A stretch of 64,000 nt of DNA, taken from positions 1,215,499 to 1,279,498 of the forward strand of contig JBLDXI010000048.1 of assembly GCA_047495785.1 (NCBI GenBank), written 5' to 3'. The notes beneath the pieces were generated by a model. That model was not told where the DNA came from. It saw nothing but the letters and a program-made list of their open reading frames with translations, and did no database searches. This DNA is from Lepidodermella squamata (taxonomy: Eukaryota > Animalia > Gastrotricha). Shown in pieces: positions 50,413-60,057 of the stretch. Position 1 is the first letter of the stretch. The number at the start of each line of letters is the position of its first letter. The position numbers were made by a program, and so were the translations under genes.

Positions 50413-51223
50413 CATTATATTGTTTTACTCATCAAAAATTGCAACGCAGCTATGAAATGATTTAACCAAATTTGTTGTTTCGTTATAAATGTTGTGCATG
50501 CTTCGGACCCAGAGAGGAATTCTTCAATAAACACGTGAATAGGGAACGGTTAGAATTTTCTAAAATTAACGATTGGAAGTTGTCTGAAAGTTGAAAGGAC
50601 ACTGCCCCAAGGGTGCATAATCAAGATCGTGAATGGTCGCTCGTGAATGACCGTCATCAACCAACATTTTGCTTCATAGCACGTGCGGCGAAGCGTCGTT
50701 ATAAGCATGCGCGTTTCGGATTGGTTAATTACCGCAAAAGCTATTAGGTATTCAGCGCGAGTGTTAAATACCACCGGTAAATACATGGATAATTTTGCCA
50801 GTGAGAAAGCCTTGGAGAAAGCACAGCGGACGAGAACCATGCGTGCTCCCACGAGAAATGACATTACAAGCGTCAGGTTTTGTCATATTTTGGCTCTAGG
50901 GCAGACACTTTTTGCAAACCTGCTCATGAAGTGATTCTCAGTGAGTCGGAGAGACTGATCGGACTTTCGGAGAGACTGCGAAGAGTTCTCAGTCGGAAGA
51001 CTCCTTAAGAGCCGGAAGAAAACTACACAAATCCCCGCATAATTTCGAACGACATTCGTCGGAACTGGCAATAGTTCATTATTTTTTTGTGATCGTAACT
51101 TTAAAAGCTTCCTTTGAAATGCGGTACAAATTTCCTGACGACAGATTCAAAGAATGACAACAAGAATGTTAAAGTTTGGGCGGAAAATAATGATGACTGT
51201 TGCATTATTATCAAATTTTCAAC

Positions 51224-53560
51224 ATGAAGATCACTATGATTTTGCTCTCATACTTCGTCGCAGGAGTATTGACATCAAAGCGCCATATGCTAAGAGTTTT
51301 GTCGCTAAACTCATTTGTACCGAACGATTCGAGCAACAATTTGGTCTGCAGGGCTGCTCAACAAATTGTCGTCGATGCTGTTAACGCAAGAAGTGATATT
51401 TTGCCAGATTACCACGTTGAATTGCGGCATCTCGAAGAAGGAAGAGGTTCGCTGTTTGCTCTAGCTAGAGGTGTCGAGTTCGTCCGGAGCTTCGATGTAA
51501 ACACCTCAGCCTATCAATCACCGGCTGGTATGGGCCCGATTGCTACATCAGGCTGTGTCTCATGGGGACAGGCGGCTCAGTTCTTCAATATGGTAGTCAT
51601 TGGCAGCTCGTGCTCGAGTCCTATTCAGACAGCAAGGCGGGATCTTTACTCTACTCTATACCGGGCAAGAGCTCCAGCTGAGGCGTCGCTCTATGCGAGA
51701 TATCAGTTCATTCTAAAAGTAACCCCGTGGCGTAGGATCGCGATTCTCACACTTGTGAGCATAGTCTATCCCATCAACCTTCAAACAGCAACGCTATCAT
51801 ACTCAATAGCTACGTCTTTGGGTTTTGAAGTCGTGAGATTCGAAGGCTACGAAGAGCTGAACGAAGAGAAAATAGAAGTGCTGAAAAAGGAGGACATTCG
51901 CGTCTTCTTTTTCGAGACAGCCGATCCTCAGGATGCGCTTAACTTCTTTTGCCTTGCATTCAGACTCGGAATCAAAGGGCCCAGATATGCTTATGTATTT
52001 CAAGGCATTAGCTACACTGACCCGTCAAAAATAGATAAGGAAATACCTGCAAACTGCTCGATAACTGTTATCTTAGAACAGTTTGAAGAGGCGATTTTTA
52101 TTGGTGCTTCTATCGAGGGAGTCAATAGACTACAACAGTTGACATCCTTGGGCCACTCAAGGGCAGAATTCGAACAATGGTTTGACGACAGAACTGGTAA
52201 GGTCCCGCTGCCTCGCTACGAATATCGCCACTTGTGCTATGATTTGGCTCTGCAAGCACTGCTAGTGCTCAACAACACAGAAACTCGATTACAGGCTCGA
52301 AATATGACTTTGCGAGACTACAGGGAGCAACCGAGAGAGGTAATGCGAATCGCGAACAGCAGCGCGCTGGAAATCGACTTCTACGGCGTTCGGCAGGGAC
52401 ATTTCCAATATTCCAGCCGAGGTGAGTTAGATTATGACCCGCAATGGGTTAGCGTCTATTCAGTTGAACGCCGTCGCCTGTTAATCACTCACCGGTTGGT
52501 ATGTCGTTACAACAGTTCGGCCACCAATGTCAGCTCATACGACGTGGAAACTACTGAAACCTCTTTCAAGTTCCAAAAAGCTGATGCGGCGAAACTGCAT
52601 ATCATCGCAAAGGATACAACAGCCTTTTATGGCTCGATACTTGGAATCTCTGGCATTTTGCTTCTAGTGCAAGTCGGTCTAATTTACAATTTTATGAAAG
52701 CTTCTCATAATTTTGATTATTCAATGCGACGATGCTCGCTTATCGCAGCTTGCATTTTACTAAATATATCAGCGGTTCTGGTCTCGATTCCGAATTCTAG
52801 CCTGGATAGTTGGATTTGCCAGCTACAAGCTATCGCAGTGACAATAAGTATCGGCATCGTCAATAATATGTTAGGCTTTAGACTTTTGATAGCTGATGAC
52901 TTCATTCGACATTGCCAAATGTTAAAACCGAAACGAGAACGAATGCATACGGCTGCCTCAGCCACAACTTTCAATAGCAACAAGTCGCCAAAAGCAGCAA
53001 TTCGTGATCCAGCAAAAAGTGAAGATCTCGACAACAAAGGCCTTCCGATGAAGCATCGCTTTCCGCTGATGTTATCCGTCGCTGCGATTAACCTCGTCTT
53101 GATTATTAGCTGGTTTGTAAGTGATCGTCCTGGGGTTTTCAGTGAGTCAGCCAAGCTTTATTATATGGACGAAAAAGATACCCGCATCAAGATAACGAGT
53201 TTCACCTGCTCGAGCCAGTTCGCTGGATATTGGCTAGGCGCTGTAGCTTCACTCAACGCTGTGCCTCTGATAGTGGGATTATTCCTTATTATAAGAATGC
53301 AAAGTTCTCTGAAACGCTTCAATCCGGTACAAGATATGGCGCAGTGTAAAGTATCCTTGTTCGCCGTCTTCACGCTTTATGCAGCCGCTATTGCCACTGT
53401 GTTGTTGTTTAATGCTTATAGCGATCAGGCAGCAATAGCAGCTGTTGTTTTGATTTTAATGTCCATGATCGTAAGTGCAATATTCAATTTTGCTCTGTTT
53501 CGCAAGGCTCGAGTGGAAACTGTCGCACTCACGATGAGATCACTCGGCGTCAAGAAGTGA
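51224..53560 (+). CDS. Intronless GABA-B-like class C GPCR, copy 5 (paralog of copy 3)
   Basis: ATG at 51224 aligns with the copy 3 start (MKI...); full VFT + 7TM. Confidence 0.85.
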   Translation: MKITMILLSYFVAGVLTSKRHMLRVLSLNSFVPNDSSNNLVCRAAQQIVVDAVNARSDILPDYHVELRHLEEGRGSLFALARGVEFVRSFDVNTSAYQSPAGMGPIATSGCVSWGQAAQFFNMVVIGSSCSSPIQTARRDLYSTLYRARAPAEASLYARYQFILKVTPWRRIAILTLVSIVYPINLQTATLSYSIATSLGFEVVRFEGYEELNEEKIEVLKKEDIRVFFFETADPQDALNFFCLAFRLGIKGPRYAYVFQGISYTDPSKIDKEIPANCSITVILEQFEEAIFIGASIEGVNRLQQLTSLGHSRAEFEQWFDDRTGKVPLPRYEYRHLCYDLALQALLVLNNTETRLQARNMTLRDYREQPREVMRIANSSALEIDFYGVRQGHFQYSSRGELDYDPQWVSVYSVERRRLLITHRLVCRYNSSATNVSSYDVETTETSFKFQKADAAKLHIIAKDTTAFYGSILGISGILLLVQVGLIYNFMKASHNFDYSMRRCSLIAACILLNISAVLVSIPNSSLDSWICQLQAIAVTISIGIVNNMLGFRLLIADDFIRHCQMLKPKRERMHTAASATTFNSNKSPKAAIRDPAKSEDLDNKGLPMKHRFPLMLSVAAINLVLIISWFVSDRPGVFSESAKLYYMDEKDTRIKITSFTCSSQFAGYWLGAVASLNAVPLIVGLFLIIRMQSSLKRFNPVQDMAQCKVSLFAVFTLYAAAIATVLLFNAYSDQAAIAAVVLILMSMIVSAIFNFALFRKARVETVALTMRSLGVKK

Positions 53561-53933
53561 ACGCGATTTTCCGGGGTTTATAGCTGCTAGAACTGTCCTA
53601 AATTGGATCGAAAGGCGAAGAAGATTCTGTTGTTTGTACTACTAACTTCTCGTACTTATCTGTTAGCCATGCACAATAACGTAGTGTTTCACAAGGTCAT
53701 TTCAGAATGAAATTTGTAATGTGAATTTTCTACAAAATTCGAAGCTGAAGATAAGCGATCGTTGTTTTCTTCCTAAAACTCAGAGCCTTTAATAACTAGC
53801 CAAGCGAACTCAGGTTCACGGTTGTTTACAAATCTTAGTCAAAGCAATTCAGAGGGTTCGAAGTCATTTAAAATCAAAGTTGACAGAACCATACCAACAC
53901 TCCACCTTTTCTGCCTAACTCGCCGCTTGCCGC

Positions 53934-54100
53934 TTATTCATCCGCGTAGTTTGACAGCTTGACCTGCTCGCCACGCGATGGTTTTACCTCGGGATTGGCA
54001 CGCGACTTGAATCGGCAATTCAAACATTTGAGGAAAGCAATGTTGAGAAGGTAGTTCGAGAGCTGACCCAGAAGCGTGCTGGTCTCGTTCTGGACCAAGT
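53934..54100 (-). mobile_element. Degenerate non-LTR retrotransposon reverse-transcriptase fragment
   Basis: LSNYLLNIA...GEQVKLSNYADE resembles the L1/Tx1 RT segment LSPYLFNIA...VKLSxYADD; followed by a stop. Confidence 0.35.
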
Positions 54101-54249
54101 GTTCAACTTCGCCATCTGTTTGTTTGGCGCCTTTACACCCTTTAAGATTTGCGACAGTTTGCCGAAGATCTTCAGATGCACATCGACGCATCGAAATTTA
54201 CATTATTTGTAGATATTTTCACTGTATTTCACGTCGAATTTAGCATTCA

Positions 54250-54390
54250 TACAGCGACCAGGCAGCAATCGTAGCAGTACGTTGCTTTGATTTTAATGTC
54301 CAATGTTGTCACCGCAGCTTTCAACTTTTTATTGAGGCAGCTGGCTATGGTTAACTTGAGAATTCTCACTGCGAACAATTAGACACGATC
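54250..54390 (+). pseudogene. 3' remnant (TM7, stop region and 3' flank) of a copy-2-like GPCR gene
   Basis: agcgaccaggcagcaat.gtagcagt...ttgctttgatttt.atgtc...ggctatggttaacttg...agacacgatc matches 35236-35388 with indels. Confidence 0.8.
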
Positions 54391-54751
54391 CAAGCAATAG
54401 CAGGTTAGGGTTTGATATTTTTGTACTATTACATTTTGTTGTGGAAGTACAATGATGAGCTTGAAATCACCCGGTGCCAAACGTTAGAAACACGATGTGG
54501 ATATTCGTTTGCTTTTGAAAAGCCCCAATCGTCTAGAATAGTTGTGCGAAGAAGTTTTAAAAGTATGCGCTGCATGCTCCTATCATTATGGTAATAAATA
54601 ACGTGATGTATTGTAGAAAGATAGGATTACCATGTCTAAAATAATTTCGAAAGTGTGGCGGGGGTTGTGTCAACTGATACTGATTCCCTGATTCCCGACA
54701 AAGCGCGATTGGCAAAGCGAGGCTAGGCGTCACTGCAGTGTTTTTTCAATC

Positions 54752-56992
54752 ATGCAGAAAACTTTTTTATCAGTATATTTTATACTCAATGTGACAGCAG
54801 CGAAAAATTTCTCTTTGAGAATCCTCTCACTCAATGCATTCACCGGCTACGAACCCCGTGATAACTTGCTGTGCAAAGCTGCTCAGCAAATGGTTGTCGA
54901 TGTTGTTAACAAGCGTAGTGACATTCTACGCGATTATCATGTGGTTATGGACTATCAAGATGAAGGACCTTCTGGGATGTTTTCTCTATCAAAAGCCGTA
55001 AATTTTGTCAGAAAATCTGAGGAAAGCGATGACTTCTTGCAAGCCCCCATCAGCATGGGCCCTTTCTTTACTCCAGGCTGTATCTCCTGGGGTGCGACAG
55101 CAGTATTCTTCAATACTGTTGTGATATCAAGTTCATGCACAAGCCCCTTGCAAACTGCGAGGAAGGATCGATTCCCGACATTCTATAGGACAAGATCACC
55201 GATTGAACTGTCACTTAACTCGAAGTTCAAGTTTCTCATGCAGGTGACACACTGGAGAAAAATTGGCATTTTCACTGTTTTGGCCTCAAACCCTTACAAC
55301 CTTCAATCAGCGACATTATCTTATTCGATAGCATCTTCCTTGGGATTCAACATCGTGAAATTTGAAGGTTTCATTGATATCACCGATGAGAAAATGGCAG
55401 AGCTCAAACACGCTGGCATTAGAATTTTCATCTTAGAATCGGCTGATCCTACAATTGTGAATCTTTTCCTCTGTCAAGCTTACAAATTCGGAATTCACGG
55501 GAGAAAATACGTTTTCATCTTTCAGATCTTTGGCTATGTTCACCCGTATACCGCCGAAATTCCTGCTAAATGCTCCCTACAAATTTTACTCGACCAATTG
55601 TATTCTTCTTTTTTCTTCGGTTCGCCATATGAAGGCTTCAGAATGACAGGGGTAACCAGCCTCGGTCATTCCATGTTGGATTTCGAGAAGGAATTCGATT
55701 CGATAACAAATCACTCGAGAACAGCAGATTATGACTTTCGGCACATGTGCTACGACCGAACACTCCAGACTTTGCTGATACTTAACAAAACGGAACAAAT
55801 ATTGAGGAGCCGAGGCATGTCCCTACGTGATTACAAAATTAGTCCTCGAGAAGTTATGCTTGCCACTAATCAAAGTGCCGCAGAGATAGATTTCTTCAAT
55901 TTGAGACATGGAAGATTTTACTACTCACCTCGAGGAGAATTCGATTACGAACCGCAAGTTGTCGCCATGTTCCATCTTGATAGAGGTGGTCTTCACTACA
56001 CCCACCGTATGACGTTTCGAGGGAATCTATCTGTTATTGAGGTCTTTGAAAATTCAAGCATATTTCTTGTCCACGATGAGGCTAAATACATAGAATGGTC
56101 AGTAGATAACTCGGAAATTTCTGCCACGGTGGCCTGTATCATAGGCCTTCTTACTGGGCTTGAGATGAGCCTTATCCTGTATGTGAAGTTCGTCACCAAG
56201 ACTTTGAGAGTTTTTCTGAGGAAAACTATCCCTTTAATGATATGCCTATTCCTAAATGCGTCCGCCATACTCTTAGTCACTCCCAACAGAGCCCTGACTG
56301 CCGATGTCTGTTGCATGCAGATTGCTAGTCTGGGATTTGCGTTGCTCTTAGCCTACAGCTTCATATCGCTAAAACTTCTTTCGGCTTGCGAGTTCGTACG
56401 AAGCATCCCTCATGTTGCAATTGTTCATCAGGGCTGGAGGAAGCATGTCATAGGGGTGATTCGGAGATTTCCAACTGATTCTATTCCCTCTAAGCACCAG
56501 ATCCCTATTTTAACAATTATTGGATTCGCAAATCTGCTAACCATTATTGCATGGTTTTCAGTGGAAAAACCCAGGGCTCAAAAAATTATCGAAACACCAA
56601 ACCCAATTTATGATGGTGATAGCGATACTTACATTACTGTGACCAGTTTGACTTGTTACAGGGAGAACTTCGCGGTTTGGGCTGGAATTCTAGCATTCAT
56701 CGATTTTTTACCACTCAGCCTTGGAATCATAGCAATGCTGCTCATGGGGCGAAGGATTAGGAGTTTAAATCGATCAAAAGATGTCCTTCACTCGAAAATA
56801 GCCCTCATAACAATGGTAACGCTGTACTTTGGAGGAACAGCGGCTGTGTTTACGTTGAAATCCTATACGGCACGAACAACTGCTGTAGCCGTGTCTCTTA
56901 TCTTGTTATCAGTTACTCTGGCCATGATTTTCGACCATACTATCTTAAGAGTTATCCTTAAACGTATTGTCCACATTTCTAAGAAGCGATGA
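54752..56992 (+). CDS. Intronless GABA-B-like class C GPCR, copy 6 (746 aa)
   Basis: VFT + 7TM; second subfamily (AFTGYEPRDN, GPFFTPGC). Confidence 0.85.
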   Translation: MQKTFLSVYFILNVTAAKNFSLRILSLNAFTGYEPRDNLLCKAAQQMVVDVVNKRSDILRDYHVVMDYQDEGPSGMFSLSKAVNFVRKSEESDDFLQAPISMGPFFTPGCISWGATAVFFNTVVISSSCTSPLQTARKDRFPTFYRTRSPIELSLNSKFKFLMQVTHWRKIGIFTVLASNPYNLQSATLSYSIASSLGFNIVKFEGFIDITDEKMAELKHAGIRIFILESADPTIVNLFLCQAYKFGIHGRKYVFIFQIFGYVHPYTAEIPAKCSLQILLDQLYSSFFFGSPYEGFRMTGVTSLGHSMLDFEKEFDSITNHSRTADYDFRHMCYDRTLQTLLILNKTEQILRSRGMSLRDYKISPREVMLATNQSAAEIDFFNLRHGRFYYSPRGEFDYEPQVVAMFHLDRGGLHYTHRMTFRGNLSVIEVFENSSIFLVHDEAKYIEWSVDNSEISATVACIIGLLTGLEMSLILYVKFVTKTLRVFLRKTIPLMICLFLNASAILLVTPNRALTADVCCMQIASLGFALLLAYSFISLKLLSACEFVRSIPHVAIVHQGWRKHVIGVIRRFPTDSIPSKHQIPILTIIGFANLLTIIAWFSVEKPRAQKIIETPNPIYDGDSDTYITVTSLTCYRENFAVWAGILAFIDFLPLSLGIIAMLLMGRRIRSLNRSKDVLHSKIALITMVTLYFGGTAAVFTLKSYTARTTAVAVSLILLSVTLAMIFDHTILRVILKRIVHISKKR

Positions 56993-57320
56993 ATAAAGCT
57001 GCAGCAGGCAGCAGGTGTGAAGGGGTAAATATTAGGCCCAAGTATCAGTGTAATGTCCTCCCGGATAGCGGCAAATATGCGATTCTCTACAGTCGATTTT
57101 CAATTACGCATTATTGAAGCATTTCGACAGCATTTCCTGAGTTATTTTCGCTTTATATTCACCTGAAATGTCAAAGGTATCGCATTTCGATGTCTGGATT
57201 TTTCAAATAATAAACAGGTATTATATCGGCCAAAAACTTGATTTTTACGCACTGCGGAGTTTTCCTTCCGATATTCATATGGATGCATAAAAGGTCCGCA
57301 GATCAAGCATTTCAACAGCG

Positions 57321-59606
57321 ATGCTTTCCTTTATCTTGCAAGCGTTACTTTTGCCCTGTCTAATCGATGCAAAGCGCGATGTACTTAGAGTCCTTTCCCT
57401 CAATGCCTTCACTGGTTACGAACCTCGTGATAACATGCTATGTAAAGCTGCACAGCAAATGGTCGTTGATATCGTCAATAACCGGAGTGACATTCTACTC
57501 GATTACCTAGTTGAGCTGGACTACCAAGATGAAGGAGCTGCTTCAACGCTGGCTTTGGCTAGAAGCATTGAGTTCACGAGACGATCAGAGCAAAGGGATG
57601 ATTATGTTCAATCGCCGGTCAGCATGGGTCCGTTTTTCACCCCCGGCTGCTTTGCATGGGGTTCCTCAGCTCAATATTTCGACATGGTGACAATAGGCAG
57701 TGCTTGCACCAGCCCAATTCAAACGGCTAGGCGAGACCGATATCCGAATCTTTACAGAACACGGGGCCCAGTTGAATTATCTATCCAGGCGAAATACAAC
57801 TTCTTGCTACAGTCTACATTGTGGAGGAGGATAGGCATTTTCACCAATGTTAATCTCAACCCATTCAACCTACAAATCGCTACTTTTTCGTATTCAATTG
57901 CTGCTTCTCTTGGATTTGAAATAATTAAATTCGAGGGATTTCCAGAAATTACCGACGAACGAATGAAGGATTTAACGGATGCTGACATTCGAATATTCAA
58001 CTTTGAAACATCCGATCCAACTGCTGCGTATACATTCCTTTGCCAAGCCTACAAGTTCGGAATAACTGGATCAAAATACGTCTTTATTTTTCAGTTTCAA
58101 AGCTATGTCCATCCTCGCATGGTGGACAAAGAACTCCCAAAGGATTGCTCAAAGTTCATTTTGATGCAGCAGCTTGACGTTTCTATCTTCATTGGGTCAT
58201 CGTATGAGGCTTTGTTCAAAACTCCCAGTACAACAAGTTTAGGACACACGCGAGCGGATTTTGAGGCGAAATTTGATCTCATAACTAACGGTTCACGAGC
58301 GGCAGATTACGATTTCCGGCACATGTGCTACGATAGAGCCCTTCAAACGATGTTGATCCTGAACGATACTGAAGCAAGGTTGAAATCACGGAATATGACC
58401 TTGAAAAACTACCGAAGCTTCCCACATGAGGTCATGATTATTGCAAATCAAAGTGCATTTGAAATTCAATATTTCAACTTGAGACAAGGCTTGTTTCGTT
58501 ACTCGCCAAGAGGGGAATTGGATAACGAGGCTCAGATAGTCGCTAGGTTCTCCCGTCAAGAAAACGGTCTTCAGGTTATTCACCGAATTCTGTCAAGGCA
58601 GGAAAACAGCAGTCGCTTGTACACAATTGAAACCCTTCAGAACTTGAGCATATTTTCAGTTAGAGCTGAGGCATATTTCGCCGAAGCTGAAATGAACACC
58701 ATGCCAATCGCTGCTTCATTTTACTCGGTTGGAGCAATTCTGATGTTGATGAATATATCCATCATGGTTCACACGAAGATTTCTACCAGATGTAGGCAGG
58801 TGCTGATGCGAAAAAGTATGATCAGTACGGTTTGCATCTTCTTGAATGTCTCCGCATTTCTTCTCGTAACCCCAAATGAATTTCTCTCTGATTCTATTTG
58901 CTCCACCCAAATGGTTCTACTCGATCTTGCGATTTATTTTGCACACAGTTTCGTCGGATTGAGGTTACTAGCTGCATCAGATTACATTAAGAAGAAATCG
59001 AAAATCAAATCAAATAAGCAGAGCTGGAATAGAAAAGTTGGAGAAGTTGTAAGAACATTTTCGAACAACAACGACATTGTGAGACGCATTTCAGCTGACA
59101 ACATCTCAGCTAAAAGGAAACTACCCTTCATTCTAGTCTTTGGTATACTTAATTTACTGACTATGATAGCATGGCTTTCTGTGAATTCGCCGACGTCTCG
59201 CCGCATTGTTCCTTCTTCTAAAGTGTATCTGAGCGACATCGATACTTACGTTACTTACTCAAGCCGAGCTTGTGACTCTGAGAATTTCATAGTATGGGCT
59301 GGGGTGCTATCATTCATCAATTTAGTCCCTTTGATTCTCGGAATTTTGGCCATATTACGCATGGGTTCGAAGATAAAACAGTTGGAACGATCTCCCGATG
59401 TCAATCACAGCAAAATTGCCCTGATAGTGATGGTGAGTCTGTATTTCGGGGCTATCGCAGCTGTCTTCACGATGACATCATTCACGGCCCAGACAACAGC
59501 TATTGCGTTGGCGCTTCTAGTACTCTCGACTTCTGTAACACTGATTTTCAACCACGTCGTAGCAATATCGCTACTCAAACGCATGAAGAAAGTGATAACT
59601 CGTTGA
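57321..59606 (+). CDS. Intronless GABA-B-like class C GPCR, copy 7 (761 aa)
   Basis: Paralog of copy 6; VFT + 7TM. Confidence 0.85.
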   Translation: MLSFILQALLLPCLIDAKRDVLRVLSLNAFTGYEPRDNMLCKAAQQMVVDIVNNRSDILLDYLVELDYQDEGAASTLALARSIEFTRRSEQRDDYVQSPVSMGPFFTPGCFAWGSSAQYFDMVTIGSACTSPIQTARRDRYPNLYRTRGPVELSIQAKYNFLLQSTLWRRIGIFTNVNLNPFNLQIATFSYSIAASLGFEIIKFEGFPEITDERMKDLTDADIRIFNFETSDPTAAYTFLCQAYKFGITGSKYVFIFQFQSYVHPRMVDKELPKDCSKFILMQQLDVSIFIGSSYEALFKTPSTTSLGHTRADFEAKFDLITNGSRAADYDFRHMCYDRALQTMLILNDTEARLKSRNMTLKNYRSFPHEVMIIANQSAFEIQYFNLRQGLFRYSPRGELDNEAQIVARFSRQENGLQVIHRILSRQENSSRLYTIETLQNLSIFSVRAEAYFAEAEMNTMPIAASFYSVGAILMLMNISIMVHTKISTRCRQVLMRKSMISTVCIFLNVSAFLLVTPNEFLSDSICSTQMVLLDLAIYFAHSFVGLRLLAASDYIKKKSKIKSNKQSWNRKVGEVVRTFSNNNDIVRRISADNISAKRKLPFILVFGILNLLTMIAWLSVNSPTSRRIVPSSKVYLSDIDTYVTYSSRACDSENFIVWAGVLSFINLVPLILGILAILRMGSKIKQLERSPDVNHSKIALIVMVSLYFGAIAAVFTMTSFTAQTTAIALALLVLSTSVTLIFNHVVAISLLKRMKKVITR

Positions 59607-60057
59607 GCTATGTTACCCTTTTTGGTTTTCGCCAAATCTGCTTAGTGTTCCTTGAAGAATAAATTTCGAAAATTTCATAGGTAATGTCTTAGGGTGGGCG
59701 CCACAAAGACCTACCAGAATAGGAACAAATGGCGCATGACTTACATTGTGAAACTTCGCCAAACCTGTTACGTGCAAGATCGCTAGACGCACATCGAAAT
59801 CATTACGGCATTCGTTTCTGGATTATATTCTAGATTTTACTGTTTACCTTAACTCTGAATTGTACTTCCCTGGATTTTTCTAACTAATAATAGATGCCCT
59901 GATAATTGCGCATGAGTGCCGGAAATTATGGTGGACGTGTTTGCTTTACCATCATTGCGTCATTGTTTTGGCATAGCATTGAACGCTGTGCAATTCATTC
60001 TTCATTCTTGATTACGAATAATACTAGAGGAATTAGTTTTAACCCCAAATATTTATC

